Positions 37,911-47,529 of a stretch of 64,000 bases of DNA are shown here, piece after piece (positions within the stretch are counted from its first letter, which is position 1; each line of letters opens with the position of its first letter). The position numbers were made by a program, and so were the translations under genes. The DNA comes from Promethearchaeota archaeon Loki_b31. GTDB taxonomy: Archaea; Asgardarchaeota; Lokiarchaeia; Sigyniarchaeales; SOKP01. The notes under the pieces were generated by a model, which searched no databases, was not told the DNA's origin, and saw nothing but the letters and a program-made list of their open reading frames with translations. The stretch covers positions 1-64,000 of the forward strand of contig NJBI01000009.1 of the NCBI GenBank assembly GCA_005222975.1, written 5' to 3'.

Positions 37911-38317
37911 CTGAAAAACTCCTTTAATTTAATTTTAAAGGGAAAAATAGCTTGGGCTATTTAAAGAAAAAAAGGCTTTCCGACAAAAAATCAGAAATCA
38001 AGGAAAGAGGTTTCTTTTAAATGAAACGATGTTCCTTTTAAATTTTGAAACTCCTTTATTTTTTTTTTAGATTGGTTAGGGTTTTTAATTCTAACCTTTC
38101 TTTTTTATTACATTAATCAAGTCTAAAAGCATTCGCCAATTTCTCCACTAAACAATTTTACTACTTTTAAAAATCCCTGTAAATTTTTAATAAATAATAT
38201 TCTATACCTTTTTTTTTAAAAAACTAATATCTAATGCTTCTATTTTTATATTTTAAATTATAAAAGATATTGTATAAGTAGAAACATTTAAAAAAAAGCC
38301 AAAAAAGAGGTAAGAAA

Positions 38318-38617
38318 ATGAATAAAATATTGCAATTTTTATTTGCATTTTTCTTTTGTCTTTGTGTTATAGTTATATTTTTTATTGGTTGGAGTATAAT
38401 AGATGAGTGGATAATATTTTTCGATTACGGTTGGAATTGGCACGAATATACCGCCACTCCTATAATTTTATGGGATATTTTTTTCGATAATATATTGACA
38501 ATACTTGTTATTACTACATGTATTACTTCAATTGGATTTTTTTTATATCATTATTATTATCATTATAGAGAAAAAAAAATAAAAAGTGAATTATCGAAGC
38601 ATCAAATAGCGATTTAA
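38318..38617 (+). CDS. Small 2-TM membrane protein
   Basis: Two hydrophobic helices; GAGGT upstream. Confidence 0.6.
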   Translation: MNKILQFLFAFFFCLCVIVIFFIGWSIIDEWIIFFDYGWNWHEYTATPIILWDIFFDNILTILVITTCITSIGFFLYHYYYHYREKKIKSELSKHQIAI

Positions 38618-38881
38618 ACAATTTTTCTTTTAGCACTTTAAAAGTACTTTTCTTTTCTTCAATGGCTAATATGTTCGAATTGCCAAACTTCTCTAAATCC
38701 TCTTTACCAAATTTTAAATTCTATTCAGCACGTTCGAAAGTGCCGCTATAATTTTCTTTCCATTATATCGGGGGCACGGAGATCTGTCGTTTTTCAATTA
38801 CCGATCGCATTCTTTAAAAGTAATAGTATCTTAATATTTAAACGATATCTTTAAAAAAATTAAAGATAGTGGTGTAAATCA

Positions 38882-40084
38882 ATGAAGAAATCAAAAAAAA
38901 AATCAAAAAAAATCAAAAAAATAAATATCTTGCTGATTATTCTACTTATTTCAATGTTTATCGTAATTCCAAATTTGTTAATAAGTATACAGAGAGAGAT
39001 CGAAATTCCCATTGAAGAGAAGAATCCTAACGAGATTATTAATATACGACCACCCCAAGAATCTTCTGTTTACTACGAAGATACGACAGGATCTGCACGT
39101 GGTGTTTATGTGAGCGGAGATTACGCCTATGTGGCAGATGATACTTCCGGTTTGGCGGTTATCGACATTTCCGATCCGACAAACCCGGGAACGCCCATCT
39201 ACGAAAACACGATAGGATCTGCACGTGGCGTTTACGTGAGCGGAGATTACGCCTATGTGGCAGATACTTTCTCGGGCTTGGCGGTCATCGACATTTCCGA
39301 CCCGACAAACCCGGGAACGCCCGTCTACGAAGACACGACCGGAGAGGCACATTGTGTTTACGTGAGCGGAGATTACGCCTATGTGGCGGATAGTACTTCT
39401 GGCTTGGGTGTCATCGACATTTCCGACCCGACAACCCCTGGAACGCCCGCCTACGCAGACACGACCAAATATGCATATGATATTTACGTGAGCGGAGATT
39501 ACGCCTACTTGGCGGATCTTGAATCGGGCTTAGCAATCATCGATATTTCAGATCCGACAAACCCGGGAACGCCCGTCTACGAAGACACGAGCGGAGGTGC
39601 AATTGGCGTTTACGTGAGCGGAGATTACGCCTATGTGGCGGATGGTCCTTCCGGCTTGGCGGTCATTCAAGTCAGAAAGAGGGTTGCTATGGAAAACCCG
39701 ATAATATCAAACGCCCCAAGCGATCTTACTGTGGAAGCGGGATATACCGGACAGAGCTTGTCGTGGACGGCAACTGATGCAAATCCAGATACTTATACGA
39801 TCGAACTGAATGGAACTGGTATAGTAGTATCGTCTACACCTTGGGCTAATAATGCGCCGGTCGTATATAATAACCCCGATGGCTTTTCTCCTGGTGTTTA
39901 TGCATATACAATAACTTTTACAGACGAAGGTGGAAATTCTATCTCGAACACAGTTACGGTAACTATTAAATCAATCCCTGAAGGAGGAATTCCATTTGGT
40001 AATTTCTTCTTGATATTCATTGGATTTAGCGTAATTTGCTTAATTTTTGCCAAAAAACGCCAAATTGTTCGCGAATCTAGATAA
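38882..40084 (+). CDS. LVIVD-repeat surface protein with an Ig-like domain and C-terminal TM
   Basis: Five VYVSGDYAYVAD..GLAVIDISDPTNP repeats; GGIPFG-TM-KKR tail. Confidence 0.85.
   Translation: MKKSKKKSKKIKKINILLIILLISMFIVIPNLLISIQREIEIPIEEKNPNEIINIRPPQESSVYYEDTTGSARGVYVSGDYAYVADDTSGLAVIDISDPTNPGTPIYENTIGSARGVYVSGDYAYVADTFSGLAVIDISDPTNPGTPVYEDTTGEAHCVYVSGDYAYVADSTSGLGVIDISDPTTPGTPAYADTTKYAYDIYVSGDYAYLADLESGLAIIDISDPTNPGTPVYEDTSGGAIGVYVSGDYAYVADGPSGLAVIQVRKRVAMENPIISNAPSDLTVEAGYTGQSLSWTATDANPDTYTIELNGTGIVVSSTPWANNAPVVYNNPDGFSPGVYAYTITFTDEGGNSISNTVTVTIKSIPEGGIPFGNFFLIFIGFSVICLIFAKKRQIVRESR
39071..39668 (+). repeat. Coding tandem repeat, 126-bp unit, about 5 copies
   Basis: GTGAGCGGAGATTACGCCTA recurs every 126 bp. 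Confidence 0.9.
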
Positions 40085-40110
40085 TAAATCAAAAATCCAA
40101 CAAATTAACG

Positions 40111-40145
40111 TTAACACCTTTTAGGTGTTAAGAATTTTTTTTTCT
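40111..40145 (+). terminator. Hairpin plus T-tract after the LVIVD gene
   Basis: TTAACACCT-TTT-AGGTGTTAA followed by a T-run. Confidence 0.55.
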
Positions 40146-40532
40146 TTTACTTAATTTGTAAAAATTTAGATTGATATCATTGTATCTATTAATTTTTAGT
40201 TTAGAGACTATCAATCTCTTTGTTGTTTGGGCGTTCCACCTTAAGGAAAACATTAAAATAAAAGCTCTTCCAAATATTAAATAATTTCCAGTTTAGAAAA
40301 AGAGGAATTATTAAAATTATTTCTATTATCGAAAAAAGAAAAACTGATTATCAAATTTTTTAATTGATTACTGTTTTCTTACAGAGATCAAAAACGAAAA
40401 AGTGGGAAAACTTTCGGAAAATAAGATTTTCATAACTTTACGCTTAGGAATACAACCATAACATTTAAAAATAAACATATCCATTAATGATCTAATCAAG
40501 TTTTATTTGTATAGAAAAGTATTTAATTAAAA

Positions 40533-40754
40533 GTGATAGTAAAAATGATTGATAGTACACCAGAATACTTGAAATTCTTTGGTGAAATTAAATTTGCAGA
40601 AGAAAAAAGTTTAAGCGCAAGCGATTTTGAAAGCTCTCTTAAGAGTTATTTTTCGAAAGAGAAAAGACTTCCACAAGGGCGCTATAAATTTGCTGAACTT
40701 AACAATTCTAGCATTAAGGATTTCGAAGATTCCTTCTATAGTTATTTTGAATAA
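40533..40754 (+). CDS. Hypothetical protein
   Basis: 73-aa ORF. Confidence 0.45.
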   Translation: MIVKMIDSTPEYLKFFGEIKFAEEKSLSASDFESSLKSYFSKEKRLPQGRYKFAELNNSSIKDFEDSFYSYFE

Positions 40755-41004
40755 AGAATTAAAGATTTTTTTAAAATTCTCTTTATATATTAATTTTTAT
40801 TTATATTCTCTTTTATTTCATCATTTGATACTCCTTATCAATAACCTTATTTATTAATAGATAGCCTCTATTATCGTTATTTTCAGAATTAAACATAATT
40901 GTGTATAATAATTGTAATTTTAAATATAAGGCTTTAATTTATAATCAAAGAAAATCAATTGAAAATAAGGTATTTATTACAAGAAATTATTTTAGTCAAA
41001 TATT

Positions 41005-41850
41005 ATGGAATTATTTAATATTGGCGAAGAGAAATTCGTCGAAACAAACGGTATAAAACTCCATACTGTTATAAGCGGGGAAGGTGAGCCCTTAATCTTG
41101 CTTCACGGTTTTCCAGATTTTTGGTTTGGTTGGAAAAACGTTATTCTTGGGCTTAAAAAAGAATATAAGCTAATTATCCCTGATATGCGCGGCTATAACT
41201 TATCTGACAAACCTGAAGGCGTTAATAATTATAAAATGGATGTTTTAGTTGAGGATATTAAAGGATTAATTGAGGCTTTAAACTTAGGTGGCGTTTTTCT
41301 TGCAGGACACGATTGGGGCGGCGTAGTAGCGTGGGCATTCGCCGAAAAATATCCTAAATTAGTACGAAAGTTAGCAATTTTAAATGCTCCTCACATGAAG
41401 ATATTCCAAGAAAGGTTGCGCTCAGATAAAAAACAACAAAAAGCTAGTTTTTACATCTTTGAATTTCTTAAACCCGATGGAGAAAAATTTCTTTTTAAGG
41501 ACGACTTTAAGTGGTTAAAATTCGCAGTTTTTGAAGGATTAATAAATAAAAAAGGTTTTACTGATTTTGACAAGAAAAAATATTTAGAAGCGTGGGCAAA
41601 ACCGGGCGCAATTTTAGGAGGGGTGAATTATTACAGGGCCAACATAAGTTTTAGCAATTGGACAGGGAAAATAACAGTCCCCACTTTAGTCATCCATGGA
41701 ATGAAAGATATAGCCGTGTTACCGTCTGTCTTGGATGGACTACCTAATTATGTAGCTGACCTAAAAATAATCCGTGCTGAAAATTCTTCACATTGGGTTA
41801 TGCACGACGAGCCCGAATTAATTATTTCATCATTTAAAGAATTCTTCTAA
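41005..41850 (+). CDS. Alpha/beta hydrolase (epoxide hydrolase-like)
   Basis: HGFP, DMRGYNLS, GHDWGG, NYYRA, SHWV. Confidence 0.9.
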   Translation: MELFNIGEEKFVETNGIKLHTVISGEGEPLILLHGFPDFWFGWKNVILGLKKEYKLIIPDMRGYNLSDKPEGVNNYKMDVLVEDIKGLIEALNLGGVFLAGHDWGGVVAWAFAEKYPKLVRKLAILNAPHMKIFQERLRSDKKQQKASFYIFEFLKPDGEKFLFKDDFKWLKFAVFEGLINKKGFTDFDKKKYLEAWAKPGAILGGVNYYRANISFSNWTGKITVPTLVIHGMKDIAVLPSVLDGLPNYVADLKIIRAENSSHWVMHDEPELIISSFKEFF

Positions 41851-42042
41851 TTTTTTGCTGCTTAATCTTCAAAAAAACTACTTAAAATTAATTTTGATTA
41901 AACTATTCTTTTGTAATATCTACTAATGTTTCAATATTTCGATTTGATATAACAAAAAACATAGATTTAAATGTTAACGTTTTTTGTTAAAAATATAACA
42001 TAAAGGTTTAACTTTTATCCGAAATTATATTAATAGAAAAAC

Positions 42043-42501
42043 TTGATTTTTAATAACATGTCAGAAAAAGAAGCTTGGGCTTATCAACTTGATTGGTTGA
42101 ATATTCTTCATCTTATAGGTTTAGATTCAATCTACCAAATCCCAGAACATAAGAGAGAAAAGGTAGTAAAGAAATTGACTAAACTATATGATACAGAATT
42201 GTTATTATCTTTTACACCTAGTGAATTGGACGAATTAGTAGCAAATGAGTTAAATATCCTTATGAAAAAGGAATTAATTTTGCACGACAGACAGAAAAAG
42301 AGAATTGAAAAGCAATTAAGAAGTCAAATGGGGCCTTTAAGAAAACGGATAATCCCAATCGATATGAACGACTTAAAAGATTTAGATCCAAAAGATATAA
42401 TGAAATTTTTCTCTAAAAAGCTAATGGGCAAAGAAGACGAAGACGATAACGACGATGACAACGATACGAACGTAGACGATAAAACGGGATATTATATTTA
42501 A
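42043..42501 (+). CDS. Hypothetical protein with an acidic C-terminus
   Basis: 152-aa ORF; start probably at ATG 42058. Confidence 0.7.
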   Translation: MIFNNMSEKEAWAYQLDWLNILHLIGLDSIYQIPEHKREKVVKKLTKLYDTELLLSFTPSELDELVANELNILMKKELILHDRQKKRIEKQLRSQMGPLRKRIIPIDMNDLKDLDPKDIMKFFSKKLMGKEDEDDNDDDNDTNVDDKTGYYI

Positions 42502-42530
42502 ACTAATTTTATTAATATTAAAAAAAGAAT

Positions 42531-44129
42531 TTAATAAATTTTAACCTTTAACCATTTTAATTCTACTTTTTTTGCCTTCCTGTAAAATAGGGCGAATGTT
42601 AGATAGACTATAGATGACCAAATAATCCAAGATAGGGCTTGATAAATATCTATGTTTAAGAGATAATTAATAAATTCTTCTACGATGTAAAGTCCTGAAT
42701 CGTTCGAATCTCCGGGAAACTTGAAAGTTTCAGAAAAAAATTGAATGGCGACAGCTTCATGTGTATTATTCTTTAAGTTTTTGAAAATATTTTCAATCGT
42801 TTTATTATTTGGATCATCTAATTTTAATTTGATAAAAGTGTTTAAGTCTTCATTAGTGTGAATGTCAGACCCCGCTATGCAAATTAAATTGTTATCCAAG
42901 CAAAATTGACGTATCTCTATATACTTGGTATAACCCCCACCATTGATGATTTCAAAACCATCGACGCCCCAATCGCGCAATTCTTCAAGGTTATGTGGCG
43001 CTCCAGACCCGTCTTCATAATTATAATGGTTTACCGTTATAAAACCACCGTTAGCTTTTACATAACTGATTAAATCAGAGGCATTCATCGCTTTAGGACC
43101 TCCTGGTGTATAAGATTCGAGAGGTACTAATTCTTCTTCTATCCCAAAGTAATTCATATGAATTTCTGGATCTGGTTCGTGATTTGTCCATTCTTCTGCT
43201 ATCCAGACTGTAAAATCCAGTCCATTCTTCTCAACAAATTCTCGAGCTGCTAAAGCCCCTCTTATGTTATCGTGATCGGAAAATGCCGCTCCAGAAATCC
43301 CGTGTTCAATATACCATAAAACTCTCTCTTCGGGAGTTAGCCAACCGTCAGAAAAGGTCATGTGGACATGAAAGTCAAACAAAAACTCATCGTCGTCAAG
43401 AGGAGTAATTGGGATTATTTTATGCGTTGGAAATTGAATTGACAATAAAATAACATTAGAACCAAGTAATAGCAATAAAATTCCGGCAAAATAAACAAAT
43501 TCTTTCTTCAAATCCGCAGTAATTTTTCTCTTTCCTTTTTCTATTTTAGCAGCAAAATTAAATTTAAGCCTTGGATGGAATAATTTTAAAAGAGAATGCC
43601 CAGCTTTAATTGAAATTAATATAACACCAAATTGTATTCCAATTTGAACTGGGACCATAAAGTATCTATTAACAAAGAAAAATCCTTGAATTAAGTATCC
43701 TACTAGTATTATTAATAAAATTGCTACAAGTGTTATAGAAAAGACTTTAAACGAAAAATAAATGAAATCTGTTAACAAATGTTTTAAATGATTGTATTTA
43801 CTTGAGTTTAATTTGCCCGATTTTCTTAAGAACACATAAATAACGCGTAGAATAGGGTATATTATCAAATACAGGAAAAGCCAAGTGAATCGGTATTCTA
43901 AAATAAAAGCAATTGTTGCAAAGGGTTCAAAAATGTACCTTAAAAACGGCAAAAAGCTAAAATAATCAGAAGAAACATCTCTTTGTCCAAGAGGTCCAAG
44001 AGCATCCCAAAAAACTACTTCCCTACGACTAAATATTGCCAACAAAACTAAAATAATTATCCAAATTGAAAAGAATAGAGTTCCTATTGAAAATATTTTG
44101 TTTTTATAAAATAGAGTCTTTAAACGCAT
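42531..44129 (-). CDS. Membrane-anchored PHP-domain phosphoesterase
   Basis: DFHVH...SDG, SDHD, NH, GSDIH; several N-terminal TMs. Confidence 0.85.
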   Translation of the reverse strand: MRLKTLFYKNKIFSIGTLFFSIWIIILVLLAIFSRREVVFWDALGPLGQRDVSSDYFSFLPFLRYIFEPFATIAFILEYRFTWLFLYLIIYPILRVIYVFLRKSGKLNSSKYNHLKHLLTDFIYFSFKVFSITLVAILLIILVGYLIQGFFFVNRYFMVPVQIGIQFGVILISIKAGHSLLKLFHPRLKFNFAAKIEKGKRKITADLKKEFVYFAGILLLLLGSNVILLSIQFPTHKIIPITPLDDDEFLFDFHVHMTFSDGWLTPEERVLWYIEHGISGAAFSDHDNIRGALAAREFVEKNGLDFTVWIAEEWTNHEPDPEIHMNYFGIEEELVPLESYTPGGPKAMNASDLISYVKANGGFITVNHYNYEDGSGAPHNLEELRDWGVDGFEIINGGGYTKYIEIRQFCLDNNLICIAGSDIHTNEDLNTFIKLKLDDPNNKTIENIFKNLKNNTHEAVAIQFFSETFKFPGDSNDSGLYIVEEFINYLLNIDIYQALSWIIWSSIVYLTFALFYRKAKKVELKWLKVKIY

Positions 44130-44226
44130 AATTATAAATCTGCTTTCATCCTTTAAAATATTTTTAATTAATTTAATAGCTCTTCAAATTTTCTTTGATA
44201 AAGGAATTATTCCATAAAAAATAATT

Positions 44227-45420
44227 TTAAACAAACGCCTCTATTGTTTTTAGAAAATTTGAAAACTTTTGATAAATCCTCACATCTACTACAGGTAGAT
44301 TTTCACATAATAATTTCGATAATTCTTTTTCGTTAATTTTGCCTTTAGTAAAAGGTCTCCGACCTTTTAGTGTAAGAAGAAGCACAGGAATTTGAACATT
44401 AGAAGGTTTTAAATCAAAATAGCTAACTGAACTCAAAGATTTTCTTAATTTCTGAGTAATATAGGCATATAATTTTTCTTTATCCCTAAATTGCCTTTGA
44501 AAATAAATACTTTCCCATCGGAATGTCCTATTAGATAACTGAATTTTCTTAACTTTTTTGAAATATTTATCTTCTTTTGAAATTGAAACTAGAAATACGC
44601 CCCGATTGAACGAAAAATCCATGGTACACGCCGATTCAGAAGATCCAGGGTTATAAACCCAATCGTCTAAAATAAACTGCAAATGGTAATGCCCAAGTGC
44701 CAAGTAATTTACTCTATCTTTCAAGGGAATAAGTTTCTCGTAGCGCACTCCTGGTACTCTTTTCATTTGCCCCTCAATACCAAAATGCTGTAGAAGAATG
44801 TGGAAATAACCATCATCTTTTATTATTCCTTTCCTTATTTTTAATAAATCGTCCTCGGGGTTTTCTCCTAGATATCCCGTACCATAAATCAGCGCATTTT
44901 TTATTTGGATTTTACCACCTTTTCTTGTTTGGAAATTATAACTCTTAAATATTTCTTCAGGTGCTCCATCTAATTCCGCGTCAAGTAATACAATTAACCC
45001 TAAACGGGCTAGTAGCTTTAACCACGATTGTCCACGCTTTTTAAACCTAACACCTCTTGAAAACTTTCGAATATCGTGGTTTCCTTCAATTGCTATTATT
45101 AAAATTTGGTTTTTCGTGACTTTTTTGAAACTCGTCAAGAGATTAATTATTTTGGTTAATTTCCCAGGTAGCATTTCTAAGGATGTAAAAACATCTCCCC
45201 CCAATAACAAAAAATCCACTCGATGGATAACTGCTAAAGATAAAATTTCTTCAAAAGCAAAAATAAAATCGTTCGCACGATAATCGTTACGATATTGGTG
45301 ACTACCTAGATGAATGTCGCTAGCGTGGATAAACTTTATTGAGTGATTATAACCATATTGATTTTTTGTTAGATGCTCTAGATTTGTTTCAAATACTTTG
45401 GCACTCGTCATTAACATCAA
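44227..45420 (-). CDS. Mre11/SbcD-like metallophosphoesterase nuclease
   Basis: SDIHLG, GGDVF, GNHD, ALGHYH, YNPGS. Confidence 0.85.
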   Translation of the reverse strand: MMLMTSAKVFETNLEHLTKNQYGYNHSIKFIHASDIHLGSHQYRNDYRANDFIFAFEEILSLAVIHRVDFLLLGGDVFTSLEMLPGKLTKIINLLTSFKKVTKNQILIIAIEGNHDIRKFSRGVRFKKRGQSWLKLLARLGLIVLLDAELDGAPEEIFKSYNFQTRKGGKIQIKNALIYGTGYLGENPEDDLLKIRKGIIKDDGYFHILLQHFGIEGQMKRVPGVRYEKLIPLKDRVNYLALGHYHLQFILDDWVYNPGSSESACTMDFSFNRGVFLVSISKEDKYFKKVKKIQLSNRTFRWESIYFQRQFRDKEKLYAYITQKLRKSLSSVSYFDLKPSNVQIPVLLLTLKGRRPFTKGKINEKELSKLLCENLPVVDVRIYQKFSNFLKTIEAFV

Positions 45421-45519
45421 TTAAAAGACTTTATTTTACAATAAGAATAAAGTGTCAATAAAAACATATAAACCAAAAAGGGCTATAAAAATAGTAAAAA
45501 AAAGAGGTATAAGTTTATT

Positions 45520-46779
45520 TCAAGTAAAATACAGCTTTTCTTTTAAAGAACTATTTATTTGTTTAAGCAGTTGTCGTTTAACTCCGTTATCGAACTCATA
45601 GTGTTTCGTATTTAAAAAATCCTCAAGCAACTCCTTATTCATGTTTGGATAATTGTTACTTTTTACCCAGCTAATTGCTTCTTCTATTAACTTACCATCT
45701 CCACCACCAATAAAAGGGGGTAAGTAAAAGTCTGCAATTATTTTTGAAGAATAGAGCGTTCTAACGTATAAGCCCTTATGCTCTAAATTACGATATAAAT
45801 GAGGTACTTTCTCCGAAAGTGTATCTATTACAATGTTTTTACCTGCTTTTTGGATTTTTTTGTATAGAGGGATCCACTCTTCTGATCCTTGTGGTTGCCG
45901 ACCTGCTCCTGATACCCATTGGATACCTGTTAAGTGTGAGATTGATAAAAAATCGTCTAAAAAGGGGATTTGATAAGGTCCATCCATATGATAAATTGAG
46001 TAATCCATATGTTCGATTTGAGTAATTATATCTGGTAACACAAACCTTTTAAACCATTTTGGGTTAAGCATCGCGATAAAGTCACATTGAACGGGATACC
46101 AACTTTTCCTACACCAGACATTTAGCCAAGCATTGAAGCCTTTGCAATCCTTCTTAATTATTTCATAAAGCTTATCGTAGATTTTTATTAACTTTTCAAG
46201 AATTATTTCTCGACAAGTGTCTATTATGTGTGGTTTACGTTTCATAGTTAGTATTAGATTAGTTGGCCCTAAGAACGAGGAAAGAATATCTAAAACCCCT
46301 CCTAGATCTGTAATTGAAATCTGATAATTTTCTTTCGCTCTTTTCACAGCATACTCTGTGATTCTAAGAATCCTCGAATACCATTCGTTATTCTGGTTTA
46401 ATTTTACGCTTTCAAGTAGAGATATTATTTCTTCTGGTTTGGTTGGGCGACTAAACCAAATAGTTTCAGATTGAAATTTAGGTTCAACGCCAAAAATAGC
46501 CGCAACTATGCCCGGGCCGTAATTTGGTAAATAAGAAGGTATTGCTTCTCCACCATAAAAAGTTTTTTCCGCTTTTTTCTCAAAACTATCAAGAGCTTCC
46601 TCGATACCCTCTGGGTTTTTTGCTAACTTCCAATCTTGCCCCAAGGCGTCTAAATAACCTCCAATGGCTGCCCTTTTCTTCGAAAAATAGTACGATATAA
46701 CCGGACGATCAATTACCTCGTGATCCCACCACGCATCCATGCGTTCTTTCGATTCTTCGATATCCTCTTTTAGTAACAT
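45520..46779 (-). CDS. Uroporphyrinogen decarboxylase/MtaA-like TIM-barrel protein
   Basis: NYGPG, QCDF, YHMDG, IQWV pattern. Confidence 0.7.
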   Translation of the reverse strand: MLLKEDIEESKERMDAWWDHEVIDRPVISYYFSKKRAAIGGYLDALGQDWKLAKNPEGIEEALDSFEKKAEKTFYGGEAIPSYLPNYGPGIVAAIFGVEPKFQSETIWFSRPTKPEEIISLLESVKLNQNNEWYSRILRITEYAVKRAKENYQISITDLGGVLDILSSFLGPTNLILTMKRKPHIIDTCREIILEKLIKIYDKLYEIIKKDCKGFNAWLNVWCRKSWYPVQCDFIAMLNPKWFKRFVLPDIITQIEHMDYSIYHMDGPYQIPFLDDFLSISHLTGIQWVSGAGRQPQGSEEWIPLYKKIQKAGKNIVIDTLSEKVPHLYRNLEHKGLYVRTLYSSKIIADFYLPPFIGGGDGKLIEEAISWVKSNNYPNMNKELLEDFLNTKHYEFDNGVKRQLLKQINSSLKEKLYFT

Positions 46780-46879
46780 AATAATAAACCTATCGTCAAA
46801 TTGAATAATTTATATGGCAAAATTATTAATCTTTTTTGAATTATTCGAATTATTTTATAGCGACAAATAATTAACTAGA

Positions 46880-47461
46880 ATGAAGCAAGTTAAAGGAACA
46901 CAGTACGAAACAGGCGTAATTCACGGAAGACTCCAAATACTCCACAACGATCATGTGAAATTTCTCCTAGCAGGAAAAAAACTATGTAATCATTTAATCG
47001 TGGGAATTACCAATCCTGATCCTACCCTAACTAAAGTCCACGATTCAAATCCTCATCGCAGTACGCTTATCGCTAACCCTTTGACTTACTATGAACGCTA
47101 TGTAATGGTAAGAGAAACTTTATTAGAAAAAGGTTTGGAATTGTCAGAATTCTCTATTGTACCGTTCCCTATAAATGTACCTGAGTTATTAAAATATTAC
47201 GTTCCAATAGATATGGTGTTTTTCCTCTCGATTTACGACGATTGGGGCCGACAAAAGAAAAAATACCTAGAATCTTTAGGATTGAATGTTCATGTTTTAT
47301 GGGAAGTCCCTTTAGAAAAAAAAGGGCTCAGTGGAAGCGATGTACGCGAATCTATGCTCAAGGGTGGAGAATGGGAACATTTGGTACCCCCAGTTGTAGC
47401 AAAGTTAGTAAAGAAATGGGATGTAATAAAGCGACTTAAAAATCTAAGTGAAACTAAATAG
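46880..47461 (+). CDS. Nicotinamide/nicotinate-nucleotide adenylyltransferase-like (cytidyltransferase family)
   Basis: HGRLQILHNDH, VGITNP, NPLTYYER, SGSDVR. Confidence 0.8.
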   Translation: MKQVKGTQYETGVIHGRLQILHNDHVKFLLAGKKLCNHLIVGITNPDPTLTKVHDSNPHRSTLIANPLTYYERYVMVRETLLEKGLELSEFSIVPFPINVPELLKYYVPIDMVFFLSIYDDWGRQKKKYLESLGLNVHVLWEVPLEKKGLSGSDVRESMLKGGEWEHLVPPVVAKLVKKWDVIKRLKNLSETK

Positions 47462-47500
47462 AAATAAAATTTTTGAAATTCAATAAAATAAAAAATAAAA
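47392..47500 (+). repeat. Direct repeat, copy 1 (3' end of the adenylyltransferase gene plus downstream DNA)
   Basis: Near-identical to 51994-52102, e.g. CGACTTAAAAATCTAAGTGAAACTAA. Confidence 0.85.
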
Positions 47501-47529
47501 AACCAAAAAAATAAGCTTAAATTAGGTAA

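Noticed and set aside
3520-37985. Provirus or integrative conjugative element
   Set aside because: No integrase, relaxase, capsid, primase, tRNA target or att pair recognised in the window
38600-38812. Minus-strand protein-like stretch with internal stops
   Set aside because: Possible pseudogene remnant, but it cannot be assigned
39071-39668. CRISPR array
   Set aside because: 126-bp in-frame LVIVD protein repeats with no unique spacers
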